Below are positions 1-11,895 of a stretch of 64,000 bases of DNA, one piece after another. Source of the stretch: Octopus sinensis (lineage: Eukaryota); the NCBI RefSeq assembly GCF_006345805.1, contig NC_042998.1:78368001-78432000 (forward strand), read 5' to 3'. The notes under the pieces are model-generated. The model did not search any database. It was given only the letters and a program-made list of their open reading frames with translations, and was not told the DNA's origin. The position numbers and the translations under genes were made by a program. Each line of letters starts with the position of its first letter. Position 1 is the stretch's first letter.

Positions 1-55
1 GAATAAAGTGTCTTGCTCAAGAACACTATTGTTATTATTATTATCATTATTATTA

Positions 56-103
<48 letters not shown>

Positions 104-124
104 CATTATTATCATTATTATTAT

Positions 125-690
125 TGAGTGAGTGAGAGAGCAGTGCATGCTATCAAAGTGACACTGGGGTAAAAATTACGAAGCCCAGTATACCCATCAT
201 GACTACCCGTCTGATAAGGGTACACTAAGCACATGCATCACAACCATATGTGCGCAACATGATGATCTCATATCAAGATAAACAGCACATGACCTTGCAG
301 GTGGGGCCCAGTTACAATTTTATTCTGGTCGAGTAACCCATCCCGCTCAAAAGGTTCCTGAGTAAGGGTTGTTTAAGGATGTTGAACGAAACACCCATGT
401 TCCCAGAGGTTAATTATCCAAACCTCAAAGAATTCCTCTCAACACATGACTATTTTGATCCCTCACTCCTTCTGCTCGTGATCAGAGATGCACATATCGT
501 CAGCCACTAAGGTACATGCTCAACTGGTTAAAGTCAAGCAACTGACAAGCATCTCTGTGGTATTGAGCAGAATATTTGCTGTAGCCCATCTTTTATACCA
601 AGACAAAACAATGTACATGATAACACTTCCAATCAGTTAAGATGAGAAGCCACGAGAGTCACTGCCTCGTACTGCATCAGGACATTTATT
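125..690. mobile_element. ~560-bp non-coding interspersed repeat (family C), copy 1, embedded in (TTA)n/(TAA)n
   Basis: Colinear with 26867-27400 over its whole length (e.g. CAAAGTGACACTGGG, GACTACCCGTCTGATAAGGGTACACTA, GTCAAGCAACTGACAAGCA). (TTA)n lies on both sides. Confidence 0.8.
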
Positions 691-704
691 ATTATTATTA
701 TTAC

Positions 705-776
<72 letters not shown>

Positions 777-778
777 CC

Positions 779-813
<35 letters not shown>

Positions 814-1737
814 TCTTGATATCACTGATATTATTGTTTTTATGTGTAGTAGCAGCAGTGGTTGCAGCAACAGTAACAACAACAGTAGGAGGGGTGGGTT
901 AGTGGCACCTCTAAGTTGCGGTGACGTAAACAAGCTAATACTGCAATTTAGTGGTAAAAAAATTAATATATAGATATATATATATTATATATATATATAA
1001 TATATATATATATACTAGCAGGTAAGCCCGGTTTCAACCGGTCTGTTCGGATGATGTGGCTGTGATCATTTTCAGTTAGGCATAATCTATAACACCGTTT
1101 CTAAATCTTATCATTTCGGGTCCCCTGTTTCAATTGGAGCCTTCAGCTGTAGGAAAATTTCCTGACTCCCCACCCCCTTGTCAGAAAACAGCTTCAGGAG
1201 TTGTGAAGAACAAATTTGTACGTAGTCTGTTTCTGAGAGCTATTCTTCGGACTTCTGTCTAGTCATTAAAACATACATTAATCCCTATATTTGTAAGCAG
1301 TTGTATCCATAAAAAATTTTATTTACAGAGCAAAAATTGAAAGAAGATATATGAAATGGACACGTGTGTGTGTGTGTGTGCGTGTGTGTATGTATGTGTG
1401 TGTGTTGTGTGTGTTGTGTGTGTGTGTGTGTGCGTGTGTGTGTGTGCGTGTGTGTGTGTGCGTGCCCCTGTTGTGTGAGCAATTAGTTGTTTTAATGGCG
1501 GAACAAACAGGAGAATTTCATTAGAAAATTTTTAAACGAATTTCTCAGTGACTATGGGAGCTAGGAAAAAAATACAAACTGCATTCCAATCTATGCATCC
1601 GTCTCTATATGTGTGCCATTTTCCACACAAATCCTCCCGGCCATTTGGCTGTGAACCTCTAGACAAGAAAGAATGCAACGATCGCCCATGTCCAATTTAT
1701 ATTATATTATTATATATATATATATATATATATATAA

Positions 1738-2134
1738 TAGGCGCAGGAGTGGCTGTGTGGTAAGTAGCTTGTTTACCAACCACATGGTTCCAGGTTCAGT
1801 CCCACTGCGTGGCACCTTGGGCAAGTGTCTTCTACTATAGCCTCGAGCCAACCAAAGACGTGTGAGTGGATTTGGTAGACGGAAACTGAAAGAAGCCCGT
1901 CGTATATATGTATATATATGTATGTGCATGTGTGTGTGTGTCTGTGTTTGTCCCCCTAGCATTGCTTGACAACCGATGCTGGTGTGTTTATGTCCCCGTC
2001 ACTTAGCGGCTCGGCAAAAGAGATCGATAGAATAAGTACTGGGCTAACAAAGAATAAGTCCTGGGGTCGAGTTGCTCGATTAAAGGCGGTGCTCCAGCAT
2101 GGCCGCAGTCAAATGATTGAAACAAGTAAAAGAG
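1738..2134 (+). mobile_element. tRNA-derived SINE, family A (CORE-like body)
   Basis: The head has A/B-box-like motifs (TGGCTGTGTGG...GGTTCAGTCCC). A CORE-like GTGGCACCTTGGGCAAGTGTC follows, with an internal (TA/TG)n tract. Matching copies lie at 6797-7167 and 23853-24020. Confidence 0.85.
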
Positions 2135-2144
2135 TGTATATATA

Positions 2145-2189
<45 letters not shown>

Positions 2190-2244
2190 CAGCCAGCCCT
2201 GCCAATATACATATATATATATATATATATATATGTATTATATA

Positions 2245-2340
2245 GAAGGAGCTTCTACAGACTAGAACTGTTTCATTCAAGAGAAATCTTCAGGAAGATT
2301 TCTCTGAATGAAACAGTTCTAGTCCTGTAGAAGCTCCTTC
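2245..2340. mobile_element. Fold-back palindrome in (TA)n containing a hammerhead-like core; probable Penelope-like terminal fragment
   Basis: The arms GAAGGAGCTTCTACAG...AAATCTTC and GAAGATTT...CTGTAGAAGCTCCTTC differ by two 1-nt indels around a 2-nt centre. The minus strand reads CTGAAGA-TTTC-TCTT-GAAT-GAAAC-A-GTT. Confidence 0.6.
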
Positions 2341-2689
2341 TATATAATAAATTAATTTTACTCTGCTATGTATTGAGTACCTTATCTACTGTGGTTAACC
2401 CCGAATCAACCCGGGACCTACATATATATATATATATATATATGACGGGTTTCCGTAGTTCCACGACCAAATTCAATTACAAGGTAATAAGTCGGCTCGG
2501 AGCTATGGTAGAAAACACTTGCCTAAGGTGCCACGTAGTGAAACTGAACCAAAACTAGGTTGCTGTGAAAGGAGATTCTTAACCACACAACCATGCCTGC
2601 TATTTGTCTCTGCTGAATCTTATAACATTTATTTGAAATATACGGTATATGCTTTTTCACTCATAGGTTTCTTTAAGCAGTTCTTTTAG

Positions 2690-3400
2690 TCATTTCATTG
2701 TGTGCTTCTTTTTCATACCGACTCCTTTTCTTTCATTTTGCTAAGTACAGATCTTTTCTTTCTGATTTTTATTATTATTATTTTCGCTCAGTTTCATACA
2801 TCATGGGTACTTCCCATTTTTCCATGATGAGTTTTGGCTGCAGGTCTAACTCTATTATTATCAAGTTTCCTTCTGTAATACCACTGCTGCTAAATACATC
2901 AGATCATACACTCTATCGACATCCAGCCTGTTTTTCTCGCTTAATTATTTGTTTTTCCCTAAAACTTCTTGTTTGTTTTTTATAAATTAATCAAGTGTTT
3001 ACCTTTATCCATAATCATTGATTTACTAATTTTCTCTTCTATTGTCTGAATTAAACCCCGGTTGCTCTGTTGTGATGTGTGTTTTTAATGCGTAATTGTT
3101 ATCAGGCGTGGTGTGAGAGAGTTTACTTTTGTTGTGACTGTGTATTTTGCTTCAATATTTCTATGAGAGCTTTATGGTCTTCATCTTTATTGATTTTAGT
3201 TATTTTCTTCTGTTCGATTGTGATCTGCTCTATTACCTTGTTTGTTTATTGTATTGGCTTTTATAGTATTTTTCTTTTGTTTATAGGTCTCACTTATTGT
3301 ATGTAAGGTCATTTCTGTTGTTTTCTTTCTTTTGGTTGGATCTTGGCTTTGTATGTAGCGAGTTCTTTTGTGATATTTTCATGTTTGTTGTATGTTTTTT
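2690..3400 (-). pseudogene. Degraded LINE N-terminal region, possibly R4/Dong-like
   Basis: The minus strand is A-rich and coding-like, with fragments such as VYDLMYLAAVVLQKE and KIRKKRSVLSKMKEK. These resemble the pre-RT region of R4/Dong ORFs. Many stops. Confidence 0.3.
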
Positions 3401-3450
3401 TTTTCCGTATGTCACCGGATACTTTTTGTTTCGTTTTGAATGTGCACTCT

Positions 3451-3503
<53 letters not shown>

Positions 3504-3505
<2 letters not shown>

Positions 3506-3704
3506 GGTGGCCAGCTGAACGAAATGCTTAGCGGTATTGCGGTATTTTGCCCGACGCTCCGATCTGAATTCAAATTCCACCGAGGTCAACTTAGCCTTTC
3601 AACCTTTCGGGGTCGATAAAATAAGTACCATTTAAACACTGAAGTCGATATAATTGACTCATCTTCTCCTCCAAAATGGCTGCCCTTGTGGCAAAATTTG
3701 AAAC

Positions 3705-3705
<1 letters not shown>
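3504..3705 (+). mobile_element. tRNA-derived SINE, family B (Meta-domain-like body), tail type 2, in (TTA)n
   Basis: Head AAGGTGGCCAGCTG...AATTCAAATTCC; body GAGGTCAACTTAGCCTTTCAACCTTTCGGGGTCGATAAAATAAGTACC. (TTA)n flanks both sides. Confidence 0.8.
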
Positions 3706-3751
<46 letters not shown>

Positions 3752-4009
3752 TATGTTTGACTTTTGCTTTACATTTGCACAAGCTGGCTCCAAGTCTCAC
3801 CGAGCGACCTCAAGAGACAACAAGTTGGAAGTTCATGTTGGTGTTATGCGTAGGGTGCCATATATTTGGCTTTGTACTTAGTGTTGTACTAGTGAATGCC
3901 TAAAGAACCATACGAAAATTATGTTTGTTTTCAAACTTGAGATTACATAGAAAGTATTTTGCATAGGATATGAGCAGTTCCCATGAGCACTACCTTTTGA
4001 ATTTCTGCC

Positions 4010-4064
<55 letters not shown>

Positions 4065-4066
<2 letters not shown>

Positions 4067-4255
4067 GGCGGCAAGCTAGCAGAATCGTTAGCACGCCGGA
4101 TAAAATGCTTAGCGGCATTTCGTCCGACTTTACGAGGTCGACTTTGCCTTTCATCTTTTTGGGGTCGATAAAATTAGGGCAAATCAAGTACTGGGGTTCA
4201 TGTAATCAAATAGCCCTCTCTCCTACATTTCAGGCATTGTGCTTATAGTAGAAAG
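4065..4255 (+). mobile_element. SINE family B, tail type 2, following (TTA)n
   Basis: AAGGCGGCAAGCTAGCAGAATCGTTAGCACGCCGG head, GGGGTCGATAAAAT body, tail CAGGCATTGTGCTTATAGTAGAAAGG. Confidence 0.8.
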
Positions 4256-4620
4256 GAACGATGACAATGTACAACGGTCCTTGTATCTTGTTTGGCCAAA
4301 TTGGAACGTTTACTTTTTCGCTTCCTGTGCGTTCTCATGAGTCAGGCGGACCAATTGTTGCCAGCGCCCTCTGGATAGCGGGTTAAGCATGCCATGGTTG
4401 TAATGCAGACATACGGCTACGCTACTTATAGATTGTCCCGGACAGTAAGCCAGTGTGGTCTTTGTAAGATTTGCCTTGCAGCAGGTCATCTCTTTGATGG
4501 AACTCCAATCCTGGGTCAAGAGAAGACCAAGATGAAGTACCTGGCATGTGGAATGTTGTCAGGAGCCCTCTGCCGGTCGGGGGATCCAGTCGGTGAATGC
4601 TTTGCAGTAGCATGTATAAT

Positions 4621-4687
<67 letters not shown>

Positions 4688-5722
4688 TAGGATATAATCA
4701 TTAAGATGATTATATCAGGGGTAAACGTTAAAATGATGATATCAATGACTGGCGTATAAAAGATCGCCATATCGGTAAAATTAATTTTTAAGTATATAAT
4801 TATAAAAACATAATTATAATTAAGGACGCTGGAGGGCCAACGGCAATACACTAGAAGTAGATATGAAATGTCTGCAAGCCACTCTAAATTTGTTCTCCTT
4901 TTATAACACAAGGCTGGACGCGAGGCAATCGACAAGAACATTTATATAATTTCAGATAACTCTCTATCTTAAGATTTCGTGTTCTGTAATAAAAATTACT
5001 TTACATTCTTCAGTAGAAATACACTGACAATGTATAAATGAGAAATACATATACATACCAATAAATTTCTACGTACAAATATCAATAAAAAAAAATGCAT
5101 TTTCCGTGTATATATTATAGCTAATCGCCCGTCTCAGCTATGTGGTTAATGCCAGAAATAGTGCCGGAGTGAATATTGTACCGGAGTAAAATATAATAAC
5201 AAAAGAACTCAAAAATATATATACGCATAGATTGAGGATATAATCATTAAAATGATTATATCAGTGGCTATCGTACCAAAAAACACCAGATCGTTAAAAT
5301 TTATTTTTTAGTATATAGTTATAAAAATATACTTATAATTAAAGGCGCGGGATGGCCAACCCCAATACGCTAGAAGCAGATGTCAAATGTCTACAAGCCA
5401 CACTAAATTTAATAATAAATCTCTGAATGAGATATAAACAGTAGCTGCACGACAATGTGAAGTATATCTGTCACTTAAATGTGGCTAACCACTAAGGTTG
5501 GATGCTACTGTAGCTTGTAGCCCCAGGGGAACATCTTCTCCAGCTGGTTATTGACACACTTTCTGTGCCCTATCAGTATTTGCAAAAGGAAGCCATCCTT
5601 CCCATCGTCGACCTGACGTGATACGTACGGACCCGGGTTTCTGAGTATTTACCGGTCGTCGTTCTCTTTTTATAACATAAGGTTGAATGCGAGGGAATGG
5701 ACAAGAAGATTTATAAAATTCC
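4688..5722 (+). repeat. Diverged ~270-bp direct duplication (4688-4955 vs 5234-5410 plus 5661-5722); second copy interrupted by a ~250-bp insert
   Basis: The copies align through GAGGATATAATCATTAA, CAATACACTAGAAG and CAAGCCAC-CTAAATTT, then resume at GTTCTC-TTTTATAACA-AAGG after the insert. Confidence 0.7.
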
Positions 5723-5974
5723 GTGCATGTAGAGTTTATTTTGAACTAGCAGTGCTCTTTGGTAGCACTGCTAGGCTAGAGATTTTGGGAAATTAGCTAT
5801 GCTGGGTGAAAGCAATGTTCTTGGAGAAACTAGACCTCGATGAAAATGAAGTAGCTGGTCTCTTCCGAATGAGTTTCGGGCCTGGTACCACCACGGCTAT
5901 CTTCCAAAAATCCCTTGCCTAGCAGTGCTACCGAGGAATACTGCCAGTTCGAAATAAGCTCTACATGCACGGAA
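5719..5974. mobile_element. MITE-like element with ~75-85-bp terminal inverted repeats
   Basis: TTCCGTGCATGTAGAGTTTATTTTGAACTAGCAG...GATTTTGGGAA matches the reverse complement of TTCCAAAAATC...GTTCGAAATAAGCTCTACATGCACGGAA. No TSD was identified. Confidence 0.65.
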
Positions 5975-6796
5975 GCGCTGTCAAATGGAACTGTCCAAGA
6001 TGTGCGCAGAGGCAAAGCAGGAGTGTCTTTCGTTTTAGACAAGACAAGTTGTAAGAAATGAATAAGTAAAAACTACTGCCGTCACTCGCAATCGAAATTG
6101 ACTTGGTATCCTCGTGTACCATTATTTATCTATTTATTTATTTATTTATTTATTTATTTATTGCTAATGGATCTTGGTGCCCATGTAGTTTCGAACAGAA
6201 ACAGATATCTGCTTGATCGAATGGAGCTTCAAGAATGTAGTAGCTAGTGGAAGAGAGAACTGGCGCTTTCTAATAGACGCAAAGAGGATAAAAACTAATG
6301 ATTACCCTCAGCGTGATTTGAACTCAGAGTGCAAAAATGGTTGAATCCTTTCTGTCCGATACTTCGACGTTTCTGGCTGATAGAAACAGTAGCCCAAAAT
6401 TCCTGAGATGACGCACCTGCTACCCCCCAAAAAGCTGATGTCACATTGGATAGTGTAGGTTTAGATTCAGTAAGAAACACAGTTCATTTGAATTCTGGGT
6501 CTTAACAACTCTGTATTCAATTTCTCACTCCCGCCCTCCTTTCCCTCCTTTTTCTCTCTCTTCCTTTCTCTTCCTCTCTCTCTCCCTCTCTCTTCATCTC
6601 TCTCCCCCCCTCTCTCCTTTTTCTTTCTCTCATACTTTCTCTCCCTCTCCCCCTCTCTCTTCCTGTCTCTTCATCTCTCTCCCTCTCTCTCTCTCTGGTG
6701 GTGGAATAAACACAGACACAAATACAAACAAACATACATACATACATACATACATAATACATACATAAATATATATATATATATACATATATATAT

Positions 6797-7166
6797 AGCT
6801 TGCTTACCAACCACATGGTTCCGGGTTCAGTCTCATTGCGTGGCATCTTGGGCAAGTGTCTTCTACTATAGCTTCGGGCCGACCAAAGCATTGTGAGTGA
6901 ATTTGGTAGGCGGAAACTGAAAGAAGCCCATCATATATATGTATATTTATATGTATGTGTGTATATATGTTTGTGTGTCTGTGTTTGTCCCCCAACATCG
7001 CTTGACAACCGATGCTGGTGTGTTTACGTCCCCGTCACTTAGCGGTTTGGCAAAGAGATCGATAGAATAAGTACTAGGATTACATAGAATAAATCCTGGG
7101 GTGGATTTCCTCGACTAAAAGTGGTGCTCCAGCATGGCCGCAGTCAAATGACTGAAACAAGTAAAA

Positions 7167-7167
<1 letters not shown>
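6797..7167 (+). mobile_element. SINE family A, 5'-truncated
   Basis: Colinear with 1760-2134. Confidence 0.85.
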
Positions 7168-7200
<33 letters not shown>

Positions 7201-7329
7201 CAGCAAAAATTTAGATTTAGATGAATATGGTACTTAAGTTAAAGGCACCAGAATTTGGTATGGTATTATCCATATAAATCAAATGGGGTGATTATAATCA
7301 AAATAAACAATAGGAATATCCAAAGGTTG

Positions 7330-7417
7330 TGTAGTACAATCGTTTCATGCTACTTCATTTAATTAAACAATGTAAGTATTACATCAGTTTTAAAATGTAG
7401 AGCAATCTTCAGCCACA
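7330..7417 (-). ncRNA. Type I hammerhead ribozyme candidate with extended stem II, in a (TA)n-embedded Penelope-like end
   Basis: Minus strand: stem I TGTGG/CTACA, core CTGAAGA (7412-7406), long stem II, GAAAC (7346-7342), loop GATT, cleavage triplet GTA (7337-7335). Confidence 0.6.
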
Positions 7418-7456
7418 TATGGAATTTTTTTTTTATTTAATTGATAATGTCATTTT

Positions 7457-7508
<52 letters not shown>

Positions 7509-7812
7509 CCTCTGTATTTTTCGGTTTCCCTCTTCATAACTGTTTAAAATATTGAGTTTTGTTATGTGTGTTTATGTATGTCAGAGAGTGAGTTTCTTTG
7601 ATGTATTACACATATTTACTTCAAACATTTACAAAACATGCACAAATACACACACGGGTATGCACATGCATAATGGCGGACACATGTATAAATAGTAACT
7701 CTGATGCCTTTACTTAAGCATACATTCTTTCACAAATACATATACACATACACATGAACGTGCATATGTATACATATACACACAGTTATACATAGCTACA
7801 GAGAGGTTCACT

Positions 7813-7854
<42 letters not shown>

Positions 7855-9795
7855 TTCCAGATATACAGACACACACGTAGTCACACACAAACACACACGC
7901 ACGCACACATAATCACGTACATATACCCGAACGCACGTTAAACGGGTAGAAATTTCGATGCACACGTAAACATACGCGGTTTCACAGACACACGCACATG
8001 GAAAGACATATTCACAGGTATACATGTACTGACACACTGATACACATGTATATAGATGGGTGCAAACAGGAAAAATTGATAGCGGTAAAAATGCATAGAG
8101 AAACACACAAACACACAGTCACATACAAACACACGTTACCTAGGCGTGCATTGGCCTACACTGATACATATAGATACTGACAGACGCATGCACACATACA
8201 TGCTTATAAATATAAATAAATACATACACACGCAAGCAAGCGCGCACACTAATTCATATTTCGGATTCTAATATATCTGACTACATGTTACATACGTATC
8301 TTTTCTTTCTCTTTATTAGATCACCAGTAAGCAAAAAGTTGTAGTCTAAACGAAGTGCAAGTTCATTGATAAAAACAACTCACCTACCTACCAACCAGTC
8401 GACTTGATATAAGCATAATAACGATGTAGACTGCTTCTGCATCACTTCAGGTCTCTAATTTGATTCCACATCAGCTGCAAACTATCACCAACAGGTAGCA
8501 AACTACACGCTATTCTCACAACAGCTTCGCTGCTGCTTGCTCGCACTACAACAGATTCACAAATACACGCTATTCCTACAACAAAAACTGACTTAATCGC
8601 TGGCTTCATACTCAAAAGAAAACCAAATTCACTCGAAGTTCGATATTCACAGCACAGGTTCAAATTTACTTTACAACACAACTCTTTAAACTAATACTAA
8701 GTTTATTGTTGGCTTTACTACAGATTTTCACCGTCTCCCGTAACAGTTTCATAAGCTACCTCACAACAGAATTCGTTGATGCTTCTTAATTGTAACAAGT
8801 TCGAAGTTGTTCAGTTCCCACATGTGCCGAATCACATGCTAACCTCAGACAAGAGTCACATCTACGATTCCTGGTTGCAGTTACCTGCTAACCTAATAAC
8901 ATGTAACGAGCTTACCCGAAGACTCACTAAGTTACCCATTCTTGTCATTCCTTTGCTCTCACATCAGTTTTATAGTTCATTCGTTATTCACTGTTCGAAC
9001 AACGATTTTACCGTTACCTGAAAAACTCTCAACACTTATCCATCCACCCAGGATTTCCATGTATACCAACCAGGTTATCTATTTTTTTTAGATCTACTCG
9101 TCATCAGTACAGCAGGTTTAAACTTAACCTCGGGCCACACAAAACATCTACAGCTACTTGCTAACTTTGCAATACATCCGCAGTAACCAAAAACTTTTGC
9201 AACATTTTCAGAATCGTCCACTTGACTCATAAGTCACAGATAACCGCAGTCGCCTCTGAATGATTACTAGAAGTTATCAAAGTTTGCAAACATGCTCTCT
9301 ACGTAATTGCAAACTACACAAGTAATATCAACCAACCCACTTACTTGCTATACAGAAGATGCCAAATTAACCTATACCTACAGGTAACCGGAACTGCAAA
9401 ACATACCCAATAACTACCCACCATTTTCAAAAGAGTAATTTTTTTCCACTCATTCACCACCCGAAAGACAAAGAACAAAATAGCAGTCAATAAACAGATT
9501 ACCAGTAAAACAATAAACTATCAAGCAACTTCCAAACCACACTAAACTACATGTAACAAACACAACAACCAACCTAGTAAAGTACTCAATGCGCCATACA
9601 GAGCCACCCTTACCCGTTTACCCACCGTTTAGCGCTCAAAGAACATTGAAACGAGCGTTCGAGGTAAGTAAAACTTTGCTTTCTGTGTCATTTATACATT
9701 TTCATTTATTTTCAAATCATTTTTCGCTATTTGAGTTTTTCCTTGTTTGAATAGTTTTTGCAATAACTCTACATGTGAACTCGGTGTTATTCTCT

Positions 9796-9826
<31 letters not shown>

Positions 9827-9847
9827 TTCTCTCTCTGTTTCACACAT

Positions 9848-9913
<66 letters not shown>

Positions 9914-10123
9914 ACGCAAACACAAATACACACACACGCTCACACGCACACACACACACACACACTTTATCGCACACTTTCTCTCTCTTTCTCTATCTCT
10001 CTCTTTCTCTATCTCTCTCTATCACTCTTTCTTTTCTCTCTCTCTTATTTCTCTATTTCTCTCTTTTTTCTCTTACTTTCTTTCTCTCTCTCTTTCTTTG
10101 TCTCTGTTTATTTCTATTTCTCC

Positions 10124-10155
<32 letters not shown>

Positions 10156-10884
10156 TTCTATCTATCTACCTCTTTTTCTCTATATATCTCTCTTTTTCTA
10201 TTCCTATTTCTTTCTCTTTCTTTTTCTCTCACTATCTCTCTCTCTTTTCTCCCTAGCTCACTCTCTCTTTTTCTCTTTATCCCTCTCTCTCTCTTTCTTT
10301 TTCTCTCTTTCTCTCTTTCTCTCTACTTCTCTCTTCCTTTTTCTCACTCGCTCCCTCTCTCTCTTTTCTTTCTATCTTTTTTTTCTCTCTCTCTTTATCT
10401 TTCTCTTTTTCTTTCTTTTTCTTCTCTTTCTTTCTTTTCTTCATAGTATCCAGATTTTAAAATAAATTCTAGGGTCAATGTCTTCAACTAAAGCCGCATT
10501 TCCCAACATGGTTACACGGAAAAGTTCAGAGGTCTCACATAAAAATTTGGGAACTGGGACACTGGCTCATTGAAAAGGGCCACAGGCTCAATGAAAGGAG
10601 CCACACAACTGCCACTCTGTTTCTTCCCTAAATTTTCTCTCACTATTTACAACTCTCTCTTTCCTTACTATATGTAACTCTCTCTTTCTCTCTCTCTTTC
10701 TCTCTCCCTTTTCTCTCTCTCTTTCTTCCCCCCTCTCTCTCTCTCTCTCTCTTTCTCTCTTATATGTATACTTAAGCGAAAGCTTTTTTTACAGTGTATC
10801 GCTGGGAGTTTCATGCATGAATTTGATGAAATTCATAAATACGCTTCAAACTTTGGGCCTCACGGAGGCAGCGACAAGTGACAG

Positions 10885-11160
10885 AGGCTTTGACAAAAGA
10901 CCGTTCTTGAGAAGACCTATCAAGCCAGGTGAGATCGTTGTCGTGGCCGATGCCGGTGTCTCGCAACTGACACCCGTGCCAGTGGGACGTAAAAAGCACA
11001 CCCACAACACTCTCGGAGTGGTTGGCGTTAGGAAGGGCATCCAGCTGTAGAAACCAAAACCCAATCAGACTGAATGAAACCTAGTGCAGCACTCCAGTTT
11101 TCAGTCAAACCGTTCAACCCATGCCAGCATGGAAATCGGACGTTAAATGACGATAATGAC
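10885..11160 (+). mobile_element. SINE or LINE-tail repeat with an RTE-type 3' end
   Basis: GGTTGGCGTTAGGAAGGGCATCCAGCTGTAGAAAC...ACCCATGCCAGCATGGAAATCGGACGTTAAATGACGATAATGAC, ending in a degenerate (GAT)n tail. Confidence 0.55.
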
Positions 11161-11725
11161 ATACATACGTACACATACTTATGCACGATTATAACTATAA
11201 CGATTATAATTATTATTGTTGTTGATGTACTTATCATTACCTATTTTAATATATTAAAATATATACGGAATTTTTAACGGTAAGACAGAAGTTCGGTGCC
11301 AAGAAACTTTTAATTTGGATTTATATATACTTTTTATCAGCTTCTTCGTTTTGCTTATACTGAAACACAAGCATCTGTGTGTTTGTGTGTCTGACAGTAT
11401 CGCTGCAGGTAAGTTGAATATGTTTGCATGTTGCCCGTTTCCATATGTAATGTTAATAAAACACCATACTGATGTATATGAACGTAAGGAAATAAATATT
11501 ACGCACACACTCACACTCACACACATACACACACACATACATGTATATACAAGCACGCACAGACACACACTCAGTATTTGTGACTACTTGTAACTACTCC
11601 ACAGCCATGGTGTTACGTAAATTTCGCATCAAAACTATGGAACAATCTGTTACTTGTGTCAAAATACATGACTAAGCTAAACCCTTGATTACAGTAATAT
11701 TTCAGTCCACCATCCACTATATATA

Positions 11726-11759
<34 letters not shown>

Positions 11760-11819
11760 CATGTATGTAGGTATGTATGTATGTATGTATGTATGTATGT
11801 TGTATGTATGTATGTAGGA

Positions 11820-11895
<76 letters not shown>

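Noticed and set aside
637-933. Poly-N/D/Y/H ORFs, and similar ORFs at 9747-10446, 14238-14564, 23252-24050, 42215-42689, 55864-56266 and 59050-59624
   Set aside because: They are translations of stop-free microsatellites ((TTA)n, (CA)n, (TA)n, (TAG)n, (TATG)n) with no domain content.
1015-1285. Helentron/HINE-like start (TACTAGCAG...GCCCGG...ACCGG) after (TA)n
   Set aside because: Only the terminal word pattern fits; no second copy or 3' hairpin was found in the window.
1738-1810. tRNA-like sequences at SINE heads (also 25690-25770 and 57120-57197)
   Set aside because: They have A/B boxes but no complete cloverleaf, and they continue into SINE bodies.
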